From positions 1,426,001 to 1,490,000 of the forward strand of contig JBLDXI010000046.1 in the NCBI GenBank assembly GCA_047495785.1: a stretch of 64,000 bases of DNA, in the 5' to 3' direction. The stretch comes from Lepidodermella squamata (lineage: Eukaryota; Animalia; Gastrotricha). Shown one piece after another: positions 36,553 through 49,200 of this stretch (the first letter of the stretch is position 1; each line of letters opens with the position of its first letter). A model generated the notes under the pieces. The model was not told where the DNA came from and did no database searches. It saw only the letters and a list, made by a program, of their open reading frames with translations. The translations under genes were made by a program, and so were the position numbers.

Positions 36553-39369
36553 ATGGCTTCCCCTTGGATGAGAAGAATCTTACCAGCATTAATTTGCCGG
36601 TCATCTAAATTGCCGTGGAAACTTCTTCAGCGCGGCACCGCCATGACTGGCGGATCTATTTTAGCGTACGCAGCGCTATCTAACGAGAATTCGCCCTTGT
36701 TCAATTTGGCAAAGCCACTCGCTGCAATAATGCCTCAAGTTCACGCTGCCGCCAATGCTGATAAAGCCGCGAAAAACGAAACCGCCGATGATCAGGTTTG
36801 TGGCATTAAAACGATAGAACTAGGCTAACTGGACGATAATTCAGTTTTGTTTTGATACGTGAAGTATCTGAAAAGGTACATTTTGTTAGTTCACGCGAGT
36901 ACTAGAACGCATGTGACTTGGCGCAATCGGTTAGATTTATGCATGGTTCACGTGACATTTCTGACTCTAATTCAGTTCGAAAGAAGCATAATTAATTTGT
37001 TATGCTCTAGAAAAGCATGAGAAAAAGCAGGGAGTTCTATAAATAACCATGTAAAGCTGAAGTCACATGCGTAATGATGAGCAATTTTTATTACAACATC
37101 GTTTTATTTACGTTTACTACCCGCGGCTCTTCAGATGTAAAGGTTAAGATGTAGTCACGGTCTTCAATCATAACCCGCTACATCATCGAAAATCGCTATC
37201 GTAAGGGTAATCGATTCTAAATTATCTACTCGCAATACATAAACATTACCTCGCCATATCCAGGGTTTTATTACCCAACCACTACGTTGGTAATAAAAAC
37301 ATGCGAAGTGGGTTTTACCGGGTTACCTTTCGATTTGAAACAGAATCGGAAACCCAAGAAAAAATGAAAACGAAATGCGCACTTTTTCTGGCCTCTCTTA
37401 CCTGCTATGTTGCGGTTTTGAACTCGCCCTTATTGTGTTCGCAATTTGTATAACAACGCGATAAAAAAACCGCATTTTTGTTACTATTCTTAGGAGCCGG
37501 CCGTTGCTGAGAAGAACAATAAAAAGGCCGTTCGCGGTAAAAGAATGCGCAAAAAGTTCATGTCCTACGCGAGTGTGAACTACGAAGGAACGGCCTACAT
37601 GACGCCGGAAGATTTCATGCTCTCGTTGATCGAAGCGCCGAATCGAATTGCTGAATCTGGCCAAAAAACGCTGAACAAAGACGAAGTGAAAACGATGATA
37701 AAAAATGTTCCTGATCTCAAGAAATCTGCGAAAAATCTCTTCAGAAGTCTCGGAAAAAATGGCCTCATTTCTTTTCCCGAATTCGTTTTCCTTCTGTGCG
37801 CGTTAACTCGTGAGTCGACATAATTAAGGAGGATTTTTTTTCAAAAAAAAAATCGATTTTAGGTTCTGAACGTGGGTTCAAAATCGGGTTTCTGATGTTG
37901 GATGAAGATGGCAGTGGGAAAATTGATTTGCGGGAATTTACGCGCCTAACCGAGCTCATTGGCCACGAATATGCCGGCGAAGAGCTGGATGAGGTGGAAC
38001 GCGTGAAAGGATCAGAATTCGGAACGACCCTTACTGCGCTGCTGTTCGGCCAAAATGGCCGTGGATTGCTATCATTCGACCAATTTGAACTGTGAGTGAA
38101 GAAAAATAATCTTAAACGTGGCATTTTATGAAATTTTTCCACAGATTTGTTCAGAATTTATGGGAAGAAATGGTTGAAGTTGAATTCGAACACGTCGCCG
38201 ATCCGCAGACCCATGAAATTACCGTAATGGACTTTGGTCGGATCGTTCTGCGATACACGCATTTGGACGATATCGAGCAACAGGCTTATTTAAGGCGGCT
38301 AGGTGCAAAATCGAAAGAGGTAAGGAAAATTCGTTTAATTCTCTGTAAAACTCGACATTTTCTAGAAAAGCGTTAGCACAAAATAGTCTCAAATGTTGTT
38401 GTTATATTAGCATGGTAATTGTTAAAATTGTAAACACCCTATTGCTCTTTCAGGCTGGACACATTCAGGTAATACAAAATATTTGACAAAAAAGCTTTGG
38501 TCACGACATTGTTTTTGTTGAACTGACTGCATCCGTGTGCTTTTTCACATTTTATTGAATTTTTTCGAAATTTTTTTGCCAAAGCACGGTTTTGTCTGCT
38601 TTTGATAGCAAGATCCATTTTATTATTTACTGACTTGAAATTAATTTTTGAAAATTGAAATTTTCAGAAAGTCACTTTTGATGAGTTCAAGCAGTTCAAC
38701 AAATTTTTGTCACATTTGGACGATTTTCGCCTCGCAATGCGAATGTACTCGATAGCTGCGGTTTCTGTAACCCAAGGTAAGCTGAAATTTAAATATCAAA
38801 AACACCATTATGTTGTATCCTTAAATGTTGTTAACACAATTTCGTATTATTTCTCCCGCCTTTTAGATGAACTAAGGAATTATGACGAGAAATTCAAGCG
38901 TATTGAATCAATTAATTTTTTCATCGCCCACCCTGAAATCTAACTAATATCCGGGTATTTGATACTAACAATTTCACCCTGGAATTTTAGTAAATCGAGA
39001 GTTGCATGCCGTCGGAATGCTCGGGTTCAAATTTAAGTTATCCCACTGTTTTTATAGAATATTAGTCGATTTTTTTAATATTTTTGGTTTTGATTTTTCA
39101 TGATTTTTTCTTTGTTTTCAGACGAATTGGCGCGGGCGATTTTTGTCTCAAGTGGAGTGAAATTCAGCTCTGGCTTGATTGAAATGATCTACTCGTGCTT
39201 TGACCGGGACGATGATGCGAAATTGTCGTATCGAGAGTTCGTCAGCGTGTTACACGACCGCCTTAACCGCTCGTTACGCTCCGTTGCGTCGGCGGACGAC
39301 GCCGCTAATGTCAGCCTGTGGACGCAGTGGAAAAAATGTGTTCGCGCAGAATTTCGAAGATCTGTGTAG
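36553..39369 (+). CDS. Mitochondrial calcium uniporter regulator, MICU2/MICU3-like EF-hand protein (7-8 exons)
   Basis: Presequence-like N-terminus; KFMSYASVNYEGTAYMTPEDF; GLISFPEFVFLL; EF-hands DEDGSGKIDLREF and DRDDDAKLSYREF; C-terminal WKKCVR. Confidence 0.9.
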
Positions 39370-42300
39370 AAAATATGCGAATAATAAATACTGCCCTCTG
39401 AAAAATATTTTGCTGTGAAATTTTAACCGCGTCACGCATCGCTTAATTTTGTGCACCTCTTATATATGTGTTGCTTTATTTATGAATGAATTTTTATACT
39501 TGCCTTCATGTGATCGCACCGTTTTGGTGGTGAAAAAAATCAGAAATAAAACTGAATTTTGACGAATTTGTTGGTTTTTGTGATTGGAGTTCACGAATAT
39601 GCCAAAGTAAAGAAACGCGTAATATATCCGCCATTTGAGAAGCGTCGCGCGCATTAAGGCGGACGTTTTTATTTGCGAAGACGCGCGCTTAAAAAGGCGG
39701 CAGTTGTCGGACACGCCCTTAAAAATGCTGCATATGATGATAATAATAGTAATAATAGTAAAATCACCACAACGCCCGTGGTGCTGGCAAACACCAGCCG
39801 AAAATTTTGTAAATATATCATGCGAGTTTATATGAAGTGAACAATTTTAATGGCCTCAAAATATATCATATAACGCGTGGTTATTTGCTTTTTAAGGTGA
39901 GCCAAGTTTACGCACCCTGAAATTCTTCACCTCACGCGCACACATCAGGTGACCTTTTCGCGTTTCATTACAGCAAATTGAAGGTGAGGCGGGGCAGGGC
40001 GAGGCAATTATTATTATTACGATTATTTTCCTCGAATTTTCATTTTTAGAGTCGATCGCATTATATATTATAGGAAATTTCCAACGGCAACAGGTGTGTT
40101 TGTTGCGCTTCAGGCAAAGCGATGCGAGCGGCGGCTCTTGATCGCACCGGCATTTGACATGTTGTTTATAGTGTTTTGTCGCGCCGATTATTATTATTGT
40201 TATTATTGTTTAGGCGATGAGATGCGCGCGTTGACGCGCTTCAATATAATCACCTCACCAGCAGCTCGTATAGGCATGTCATAGCTGGCACGCAGAAATG
40301 AGGCGCGCACTAGCATCCGCGCTTCGATACAAGTATAAGCCTTGCAGGTAGGTATATAGGCAGGTATAGCAGAGGTACAAAAATTTTTGCGCGCGACAGA
40401 CTTCCGAAAGACGCTTCGAGCGCGCACGCGAAAATGATGCGCGCATTTTATATATTTACAAATAAAACGCACAATATTTTGCCCTCACGTCGTTATTACT
40501 GCATTGTTAACACATTAACACGATCGTTACCCGAACGTTGTTTTTAAATATTTAACGTTTATTGTTATCTCTTTCGACAAGCGTTTTCCCATCGCCATCG
40601 ACGCGTTTGCTCGAACATTATTATTATTAGGGCTGTGTAAAAAATCGGAAATTATTGTGCGGCAACAAAAACGCGCGGGGTATAATTAGCTTATCGCTTT
40701 TATCAATTTTATTGGTCACCCTGTGCTGTAAACTATTATTATCTTTATTGCCTTATTTGTCACCCTGTCATATTATATTATTTTTCGACGTTGAACGCAG
40801 GACATTTGCACTGCCCAGTGGCCACTTTCCGTCGCGCAAAAAAAGCGAAAAAGCAATTGTCTTACTTTTTTCTTTCATAGCGCAACGGTATGTAAGACGC
40901 ACCACTCATTAGAAGACGGCCGCTCGCCTCTTCAACGCGCCAGTTCCATTATCAGACACATTATATATTAGTATTTTTTCGGTATATATTACCCTGGTAC
41001 ATAAACGATGGCGAATAATGATTTTTTTGAGGAAAAATAATTTTCTCTATCGCCTAAAGTTATTAGAAAAAAAACAGACTTGATCGAGAGGGCAAACTCT
41101 GCGAGATGGTAATTGCTTGTGACACACCTAAGTTTTTTTGTCGATATTCTGTCAGCTATCTGCAAATATTTGCAGCAATTTAGCCCGTCATCATCTCCTC
41201 GAGCACGTTCTTTATGGATTTTTTCATTCAACTTATTTATTTTCTTAGAATTTTTTGCACGTGAACAAATTTTTTTGCTAGGTATACACCGAATATCATT
41301 CAAGTTCTGTTCCAACTTTATAACAGAAAATGATAAATTTTTAAACACCCAATCGCACTCAAAGCTGCAAGGTTGGTTGTTTGCGCTACATGCGAAAATT
41401 CGCTATTGTTTTTGTGGTCAATAAAAAGAAACTGACATAAATATCGATAAGCGCGTTACACTTCGCTAGTTCCGCGTTATTAGTTGCTAATTTTATTCTC
41501 ATCCACCATAAAATTGGACGTTTTTTCATAATAAAATTGTCGATAATATGCTGCGCATTAGCTGTAAAGCATCGTCATCGGCGATTTTATTTTAATCAAT
41601 GCTCGCTTGTGTCGAAAAACTTGTGCCTGCCCCATCGACACTTTGCACGCGAATAAAAGTATACGTGCCGCGAGAGACAGCATCAGAGTGGCACATTTTT
41701 ATTAGGTTTACAACACTTTCGATGGCACTCGCTAAAAAAATTCAAAATTTGATTGTGCCGACATCATCAGACCGCGGGAGAATAAACACTCTCGCCGAGG
41801 CCTAATAGCTTATTTTCATGTCAAATAGCTGTTTTCGCATCATTTTTGTCTCGGCCTTAATGCAATTTACAAGGCAAAAATATTACGATCTCGCCTTTTT
41901 TATCTGGCGATGATAATAATAAATAATATTGTTGTAGAATTCGCCACCCTGAATACTGACTATACTACATCATATATAAGGCTTATGTCCATTTTTGAGA
42001 AATTAGTATGGTAATGCTGTTATTTTAGAGCTCGCCGCTTGCCACTTAGCGCGCGGTTTTTGGTTGGAAATATTATATTATCGCCTGAATAAATATTCGA
42101 GTAAACATTAAAGTACACTTGGTTTCGATATGCAGTTTGTTAAGATTCTCCGCCGGTCTATATTACTCAAGTCACGTTTAAAACAACCAGCCTCAAATAA
42201 TTCCTATATTAAAAATGGATTTATTAAGGAGGATTTTTTTTTAATTTTATCATTTCAATTTTAGCGTGACTCCAATAAATATTGCAAGTTCGTTATTAGG

Positions 42301-43200
42301 AATTTCCACTTATTAGAGCTCCATGCTGTTTGAAGAAGCCCATTAGGCGCGTACAAATGAGACATTAATAATGTTAACACATATGCTCTTCGATATTAAA
42401 ACACACGCATTTGAGTCTCGGTATAATGAAAACACTCCTACGACCGCTTTTTTCGCCTTGGGGCGATAATGATTATAATTATAATTATATATGATATGTG
42501 GCGACGCGCCACTTGTCGCGCGCTTAGAGGCGCGCTGCTTTATTACACTCTACGCATGTATCATTAAAAGAATCTGCCGCGATCAACTGCGCAGATAAAA
42601 TCAGCACGCAGCCTCAATTTTTGCGTGCTTTGTAACGATTTTAACAACATTTATTATTCGTGATCGCCAGCAGTAAAATGCAAACAAAACGGCGCGATAG
42701 CACCGTTAACGGAGACATAATATTTAAAATTCCGAGATTTATGTTGCTACCCCACAGTAGAAAGGAGGACGATTCGATCGGGTGCGCGCACCTGACCCTG
42801 TGTCACATCGCATCCCTCGATCGAGCGCCAGCTATTTCATAAATTTTTAAGGCCGCTCGCGCAGACTCTGTGCGCGCTGTTCGATAAAAACAGCGAATAT
42901 ATCGCCTTGTTTTCTTGAAGCCTCACATATATTCATTGTTAAAAACAATACACTATATGTTAGGCCCTCTCGCTATTTTTACGCACCTTCTTATTACATT
43001 ATCCGTAAACCTGCCCCATTCTTTAGTATTGTTATTTCATCTAGGTTGATTTTACATAAATTATTCACTTGAAAAAGGCTTCAAGAAAACACCCATTGTC
43101 ACGCCAGATCTGTTTTATCGCTTTAGATCTCGTGGGATTTTGATGAAAAATATTTCTCATAAACAACTTCATTACATTTTTTTCGGAATATTTATAATAG

Positions 43201-44505
43201 ATGGCTTATTATTCATTATGGACTTGTCTCACCTTGTCATTACTGGCTGTTTCTACCGTAACCAGCCAAGCGGAACCTGAACCACGGCGGCTCGATGAAA
43301 TGATGCCTGATGAGTTGGAGGACGACTCAGTTCTGGTTAATAACGACGGCTTGGGCGGCGGCTCTGATGGGCTGGTAGAAGACCTCATTATCGGGCATCG
43401 TGACCTCAAAAAACCAACCGCTGATGCTAGCAATAACAATTGCACTAACGAAATTCTCGCATCACTTAGCGGGTCAAGGTCATCGAGGAGTTCGAAAAAA
43501 CTCCAGGTCACGTGGTCGAGTGTTGTTAATTCGTACTCGTTCGACCCGGTTAAAAATCAGCTGACCTTAGTTACGGATTCTATCCTAAGCTGGAACATTG
43601 ACGATTTATCAGCTGGCGGCGTCTTAAATCGGTCAGATGCGTGCCGGAATGTAGACACCCTACTCGTTGAGCCAGCCTCTCTCATTTGGACACCGCGCTT
43701 TGTCTACCTTAACAATTTAGATTCAAGCGCGAATCTACTGCCAAGCGATGTCTGGGACAAATGGCCGGCTGTTGTTCATTTGGATAAAAAACTCGTCACG
43801 TGGCACTTTGCATCACGCTTCACCGTCGCCTGTTCGTTCGCGCCTAGCGAAGCCGCCTTAATAGCGCAGTGTCCGGTTAAAATCGCCGGCGTTACATCGT
43901 CGCTGCTCCTAGAAACGATTATATCAAAATCAAAACCGCAACAGTTTGTGTTTAAAAGTGGCGAAATTACAATTTTAGCCGGTGAAAAGGCATCTGCGAA
44001 ATTTTCTATCGAAGCCGATGCAGCTAATGATGTACCAGCCTTGGTTCTACTGGCCCGGCTTGATTTGACGAGTTATCTCAATGGGATTGATACTTCATCT
44101 AGCTTTTTTGCGCATAGTTACCGCATTCTTCGCGTTCGAATTTTGAACCTGCAACCGAACCAGGAGGATGAAGATGATTCGTCTCTCGCTTTGCACTCTC
44201 GCGTGTTTCGACGCCTGTTTTCGGCCAATTTCTATTGCCTCTTCACGTTTTTCGGCTCTTTCCTAGTCTTTCTGTTATCATCGGTCTCAATCACCCTCGT
44301 CATATTAACGTGGTACGAAAAACAGGTCGTGGCGCATCATCAACAAAAATTGTCGCTCGCCATTAAGGCGGATGATGTAAATAATATTAGTAGCGATAAT
44401 AAGCCGCCTAGCTACGACCAATTATTACTAGCCGATGGAAAATCGATATCAGAAGACGAGCCTAATATCCTGGCCGACGACGAATATCCTCCTCAAAAAG
44501 CGTGA
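43201..44505 (+). CDS. Single-exon type I membrane protein with a divergent Cys-loop receptor ligand-binding-like domain
   Basis: Signal peptide; SFDPVKNQLTL...LSW..D, IWTPRFVYLNN, VTWHFASRFTVAC-x12-CPVKIAG; only one hydrophobic segment near the C-terminus. Confidence 0.65.
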   Translation: MAYYSLWTCLTLSLLAVSTVTSQAEPEPRRLDEMMPDELEDDSVLVNNDGLGGGSDGLVEDLIIGHRDLKKPTADASNNNCTNEILASLSGSRSSRSSKKLQVTWSSVVNSYSFDPVKNQLTLVTDSILSWNIDDLSAGGVLNRSDACRNVDTLLVEPASLIWTPRFVYLNNLDSSANLLPSDVWDKWPAVVHLDKKLVTWHFASRFTVACSFAPSEAALIAQCPVKIAGVTSSLLLETIISKSKPQQFVFKSGEITILAGEKASAKFSIEADAANDVPALVLLARLDLTSYLNGIDTSSSFFAHSYRILRVRILNLQPNQEDEDDSSLALHSRVFRRLFSANFYCLFTFFGSFLVFLLSSVSITLVILTWYEKQVVAHHQQKLSLAIKADDVNNISSDNKPPSYDQLLLADGKSISEDEPNILADDEYPPQKA

Positions 44506-44889
44506 CAAACTGATTTTTTATCTGAAACAGAATAATGCAATCATATTACAATTAATTGCCCTCTGTACTATACTATAGATAATTTAGTATTTTTTGGGAC
44601 TTGTGAAAAAAATATCGACATTGAATTCACCTCTGTAATAGAAAGTTGAATTCTGAAATCTTGTGATCATAGTTTACTTATTTATTTATAACAGCGGGCA
44701 ATCAAGCGTGTAAATAGTGTTTATAAATATGTGCAAAATGCGACATCTCTTTCTCTCCTTTTTTATTTCGAAAAAACATGTTGGGTTTGACAATAATATT
44801 AATGTATAACAAGCGAGAAAAACTGCATAATAAAAATTTAAAAATGGAAATAATTTTTTGACTGTATCAAGGTATCACAAACAATTATT

Positions 44890-46230
44890 TTATGGCATGA
44901 AAGCACTTTCACGGCAATTTGACTCCTTGATCCACCAATCGGCTATATTGATAGATTTTGGCGACTCGATTTGCGGCAATTTTGAGCTCAGATAATTGCA
45001 AATTGCGCACAGAGGGCGGAATTGAAGATTTCGAACAGTTCGAAAACGGCGTTTCCACTCGAAAAATGAATTGTATATTTCAACATTTCCGGCAACCTAG
45101 AACAAAAAAACGCAATAAAAATTAACGTTGCAATTTTTTGGAATATTTATTATTTAAATTTTAAATTTTTCGAAATTAAATTTTAATTTTTAATTTTTTG
45201 AAAAAATTCTAGCTTAAAAATTTCAATTTTTAATTTCTGAAAAATTCAATTACATTTCAGTTTTCAAAAATTTTACCGTCATTAAATGGTCGGCCAGCTC
45301 AGCGACATTGGCGAATTTTCCGACATCAATGAAAGACCCTTCCGGGGCCTCTCTCGAATAATTCGCCCCGCCAAGAACAACAGGTATCAAATCGTAGTCT
45401 AGAATGCGGTAGAATTTCTCCGTCACATAATCGCGGCAAATCGAATTTTCAAACGACGCATAGAAAATGTACCGATCTTTGAGTTCATCCAAACACGCCA
45501 CTGAATCATGCGATGTGCCACCACAAATTAGGCCATTCGGACTGCACCCACCGTAAATATCGACCGTAAGCCCTGCGGCTTCGAGGGCATTCAAAACTTC
45601 GAGCCGATGCGAAACATCGTCGCAATTGCTTATAACCGCGAAAATGTGTCGCTTTTTACTTAGCAATTCCGAGGTCAAAGCAGTGTTGGCGCCAGAATAA
45701 GGCGGATCGATTTCGATGAAGCCGCCGTACTGGACAGCTGGTATGTAAATATCTGAATCGTGTCTGTAAGAAGCAGTTCGATTGAAAAACGCCGACAATC
45801 GAGACCATTTGACCCCGAAATCAAGCCGTTCTAGGGTCGCCGGGGTTTCGAGCGATAGAAAAATCCAAATTTGACGCGGATGCCTTTCGTGGTATTTCAA
45901 ACTGCGCAAACCGGGCAGAAGGTCAGTACGATGGGCGTGGAAAACGAGGGCATCGACTTGCGAGACGATTTGCGGGTAATTTCTGCATGATTCGGGCAAA
46001 TAAATGCAACGATTCGAACAATTAACGCCGATAACATCTTTCGAGAGATAATTTTCGCCGAAATAACTAGTCGCCATTAAAATTATTCTTTCATCGCCAG
46101 ATTTTTCAGCCAATATCCTTTCGCAAGAATCGATCGGAAAATCATCTCCGAAAATTTCGAAAAAATTCAGCAAAATTAACGAAGCAACACAAACGGTTAT
46201 TCCAGTTATAAAAATCAATTTATTTGCCAT
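44890..46230 (-). CDS. GT10 alpha-1,3-fucosyltransferase (exons 46230-45277, 45096-44890)
   Basis: Type II anchor; DALVFH; FNRTASYRHDSDI; FucT motif YIFYASFENSICRDYVTEKFY; last exon YNSFFEWK...LCAIC...WW...C. Confidence 0.92.
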
Positions 46231-46261
46231 TAAAAAAACTAAGCAAAAAAATTTCGATTTA

Positions 46262-49200
46262 TTAATTGTGAGCAAGGCGTTGATGAATTTTCGCAAGAAT
46301 ATCTTCACTAGCTAGGCAGCAGTTATTTTCGAGGGTGAATTGCACAAAGTCAGACCAGCTAGGGTCGGCCATCAAAACAAACGGGTTCGCAATAATAACT
46401 AGCAGCGATTTCGCCCTAGTTAGCGCGACATTCATCCGCTTCGGGTTCGCGAGGAAGCCCAGTGCTTGTCGAATATTGGCCTGTTCATTCGATCGAACAA
46501 TCGATAGGATAATAACAGTTCGCTCCTGGCCCTGGAATTCTTCGACAGTGCCGACTTTAACGCGGGGTATACCGGCCCGGTCCATGAAGAGGCGGATTTT
46601 TTCGATTTGCTTACGGTACGGGGTGATGACGCCGATTTCATCATCAGTGACTAATTTGCCGTCAAAACCGTCGACCATCAATTTTTTCAGGTACGAAATG
46701 ACGATCATAATTTCGTGGCAGTTGAACCATGACATAGATTCGCCCTCCCGCATGTCTTTGCCTTGAACAGCGTGTAAAATTAACGGAATTTTCGGATTCG
46801 GAAGAAACTCTCGAGATTCAGCTGATGACGATACGAAGAGATTTTGTACTGCCTTAGGGGCATTTGCGACTAATTCGTTGTCGTAGAAGAGCCGCGATGA
46901 GACTTGGAATAACGCAGGGTGGCTGCGGTAGTTGTTAACGAGTTTCGTGGCGACCAACGGATTATAGCCGCCTGCCACGCCGGCCTTAGAAAATCGGACT
47001 TCGTCCCGGGCGTAGACTGGTAGTTTCGAAAGGCGCTCGAGATAAGAGACTTGAAGCCCAAACACATTGCTGAGGCGAGATTCTAAAATCGGACCAAGTT
47101 GCTGAGGATCACCGGCTAAAACAATCTAACGAAACATTTTTCAAGATTTTTAAGGCATAATGCAGAGCAAAAAATGCTAACCTGGCCATTGCGACAGTCG
47201 ACAAAGTTTATAGGAATAAGCAGTTCCGGCTCGGTTGCATGCCCGGCTTCGTCGATGACAACGTGCGTGAACGAACCGGCTTTCACATTCGCCGTGTACA
47301 TTTGGCCACTGGTCGTGCACGTCGACACAATCAAACGGCACCTAAAAAAGTATTAAGGCGCATGTTAAAATTAGGGGGAAATGATTTAAAACTATATCAT
47401 ATACATATACATATTTCCTGAATCAGAAAACAACGCACCAAATTTGAGGTTTTTAACCTTGAACCTATGTTATGACTTTGAAGTTTGATGGCGAAAGTTT
47501 TTCCCTGGCTATCGGAATTCGATGTCAAACGTATTCTCTTGGAAAATGAACAAATGAAGCGGCATTGGAATATCTCACAAAAAATCGACAATCTCGACTA
47601 TTATAGCCAAGGTTTAATGCATGTATGGAACCAGCTTTTGGTGACTACTCTAAAGGATTTCGGTTTCAAACAATGTGAGCTCGACCCTTGCCTTTTCCTA
47701 AAAGAAAGTTGCTTCTTAGCTACTCATGTCGACGCACAGTAAAATCGACCGAATTGAGTTTTCCAGGCTTTCTACCGTCAATTTTCATAGGTAATAACTC
47801 AACCGGACCCAAACTCACACCAGGTTATAATATCAAAAAACAGAGATTAAAAGCTTTATATCTGAATTTTAAGCACAAAACTGAGCATAAAAGAGGAAGT
47901 ATTCAACCTTGAGAGTAGTTTTTACATAATTTTTCTGATAGGCGAATTATAGAATGAGAAGGACGTGCATCGGGGTATTTGCCCACGCCAGTCCCCTGAA
48001 TGAAGTGAAAAATAGCCATCACGCTGCAAATTTGTGTGTGCGAGTCGGCAATGGGGAGGAGGTCAGAATGGCCGAAATGTATTTATATACGCCTGACCTT
48101 TACAAAGACCTGTCGTACGGCTGCACAGTCCAGCTTCAGGATGGCCGTGTGACTCAGGGGGATGGCATTGCACGGCCCCGATTTCAATTCAGATATCGAC
48201 ATTGTTCAAGATAAGAAATTTACTGCGGCTAATCGAGTTCAACTAACCAAGTGTCGACAATATGCAGCTTCGAACATGCGAGAAACTTCGAACCTTCTTC
48301 GTACTACTTTGGAGCGAGAATTTTGCAGTGTCAAATTACAAGAGTTTTTCTTTTTCAATTTGCTGTATCATTTTGGTTTACGAGGTCGTGAGAATCTACG
48401 CGAATTTGCGCCCAATACTTCTCAATTTGGTATTGAAGAAGGTCATGAGTTTGGCACTCAGAGCTATTCATCCTAACGCGAGACGCTACAGCTCGCTAAT
48501 GATGAGGTACTCGCCGGCGTTGCATTTAAAAGGCCCAGCCGCATAATCCATGATCCAAGATTCGAATGCTCTGGTTCTTCCCAGTGTTCGAACTTAACAA
48601 AGAGTGGTTGCCATCGAATACGAGGGTGGTCAGTCGGAGAGCGCATAGTATGTTTTGATGAAAGGAAAAATATCGTAACTACCAATACCGATTATCGATT
48701 TTGTCATCTTTCGATGGACGAAATCGGCTGCATGCGATCTGTGCCTACACGATCTGGTCACACGATCGGTGTGGTCATGGAGAAACTTTCTCAGTTAAGT
48801 TTTGTAGTAAGATTCTCTTCAACAAATTTGCTAATAAACGTCGCGGATTGCCCCCTAACGAATAAAAGGAAACCTACATTCGTCCACGATCCCATCTTCC
48901 AAACCATGGAATTATCGTAGACGTCCACCTGTTCCGCCCATTTTTCTGAGTTGCATGGGTCCCGCGGAAATATGATCTCCTCCGCCTCAAACTTGATCCC
49001 TTCTACGATCGTTCAAATCGAATAAATTGCGACTTCGAGCCTTTATTACTTATGCTATGCCTCATCTTGACTATGCTTCTTCAGTTTATTCGCCTTATCT
49101 TCTGACAGTTATCAGCCGCCTTGAATCGGTTCTACACAATTTTTTAAAACGTTTAGCTGCATATAAAATGACGGATTACAAGCTGCTTCTCAACAAATTC

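Noticed and set aside
36907-37072. 13-bp inverted repeat in MICU intron 1
   Set aside because: No clear TSD or second copy, and too weak to call.
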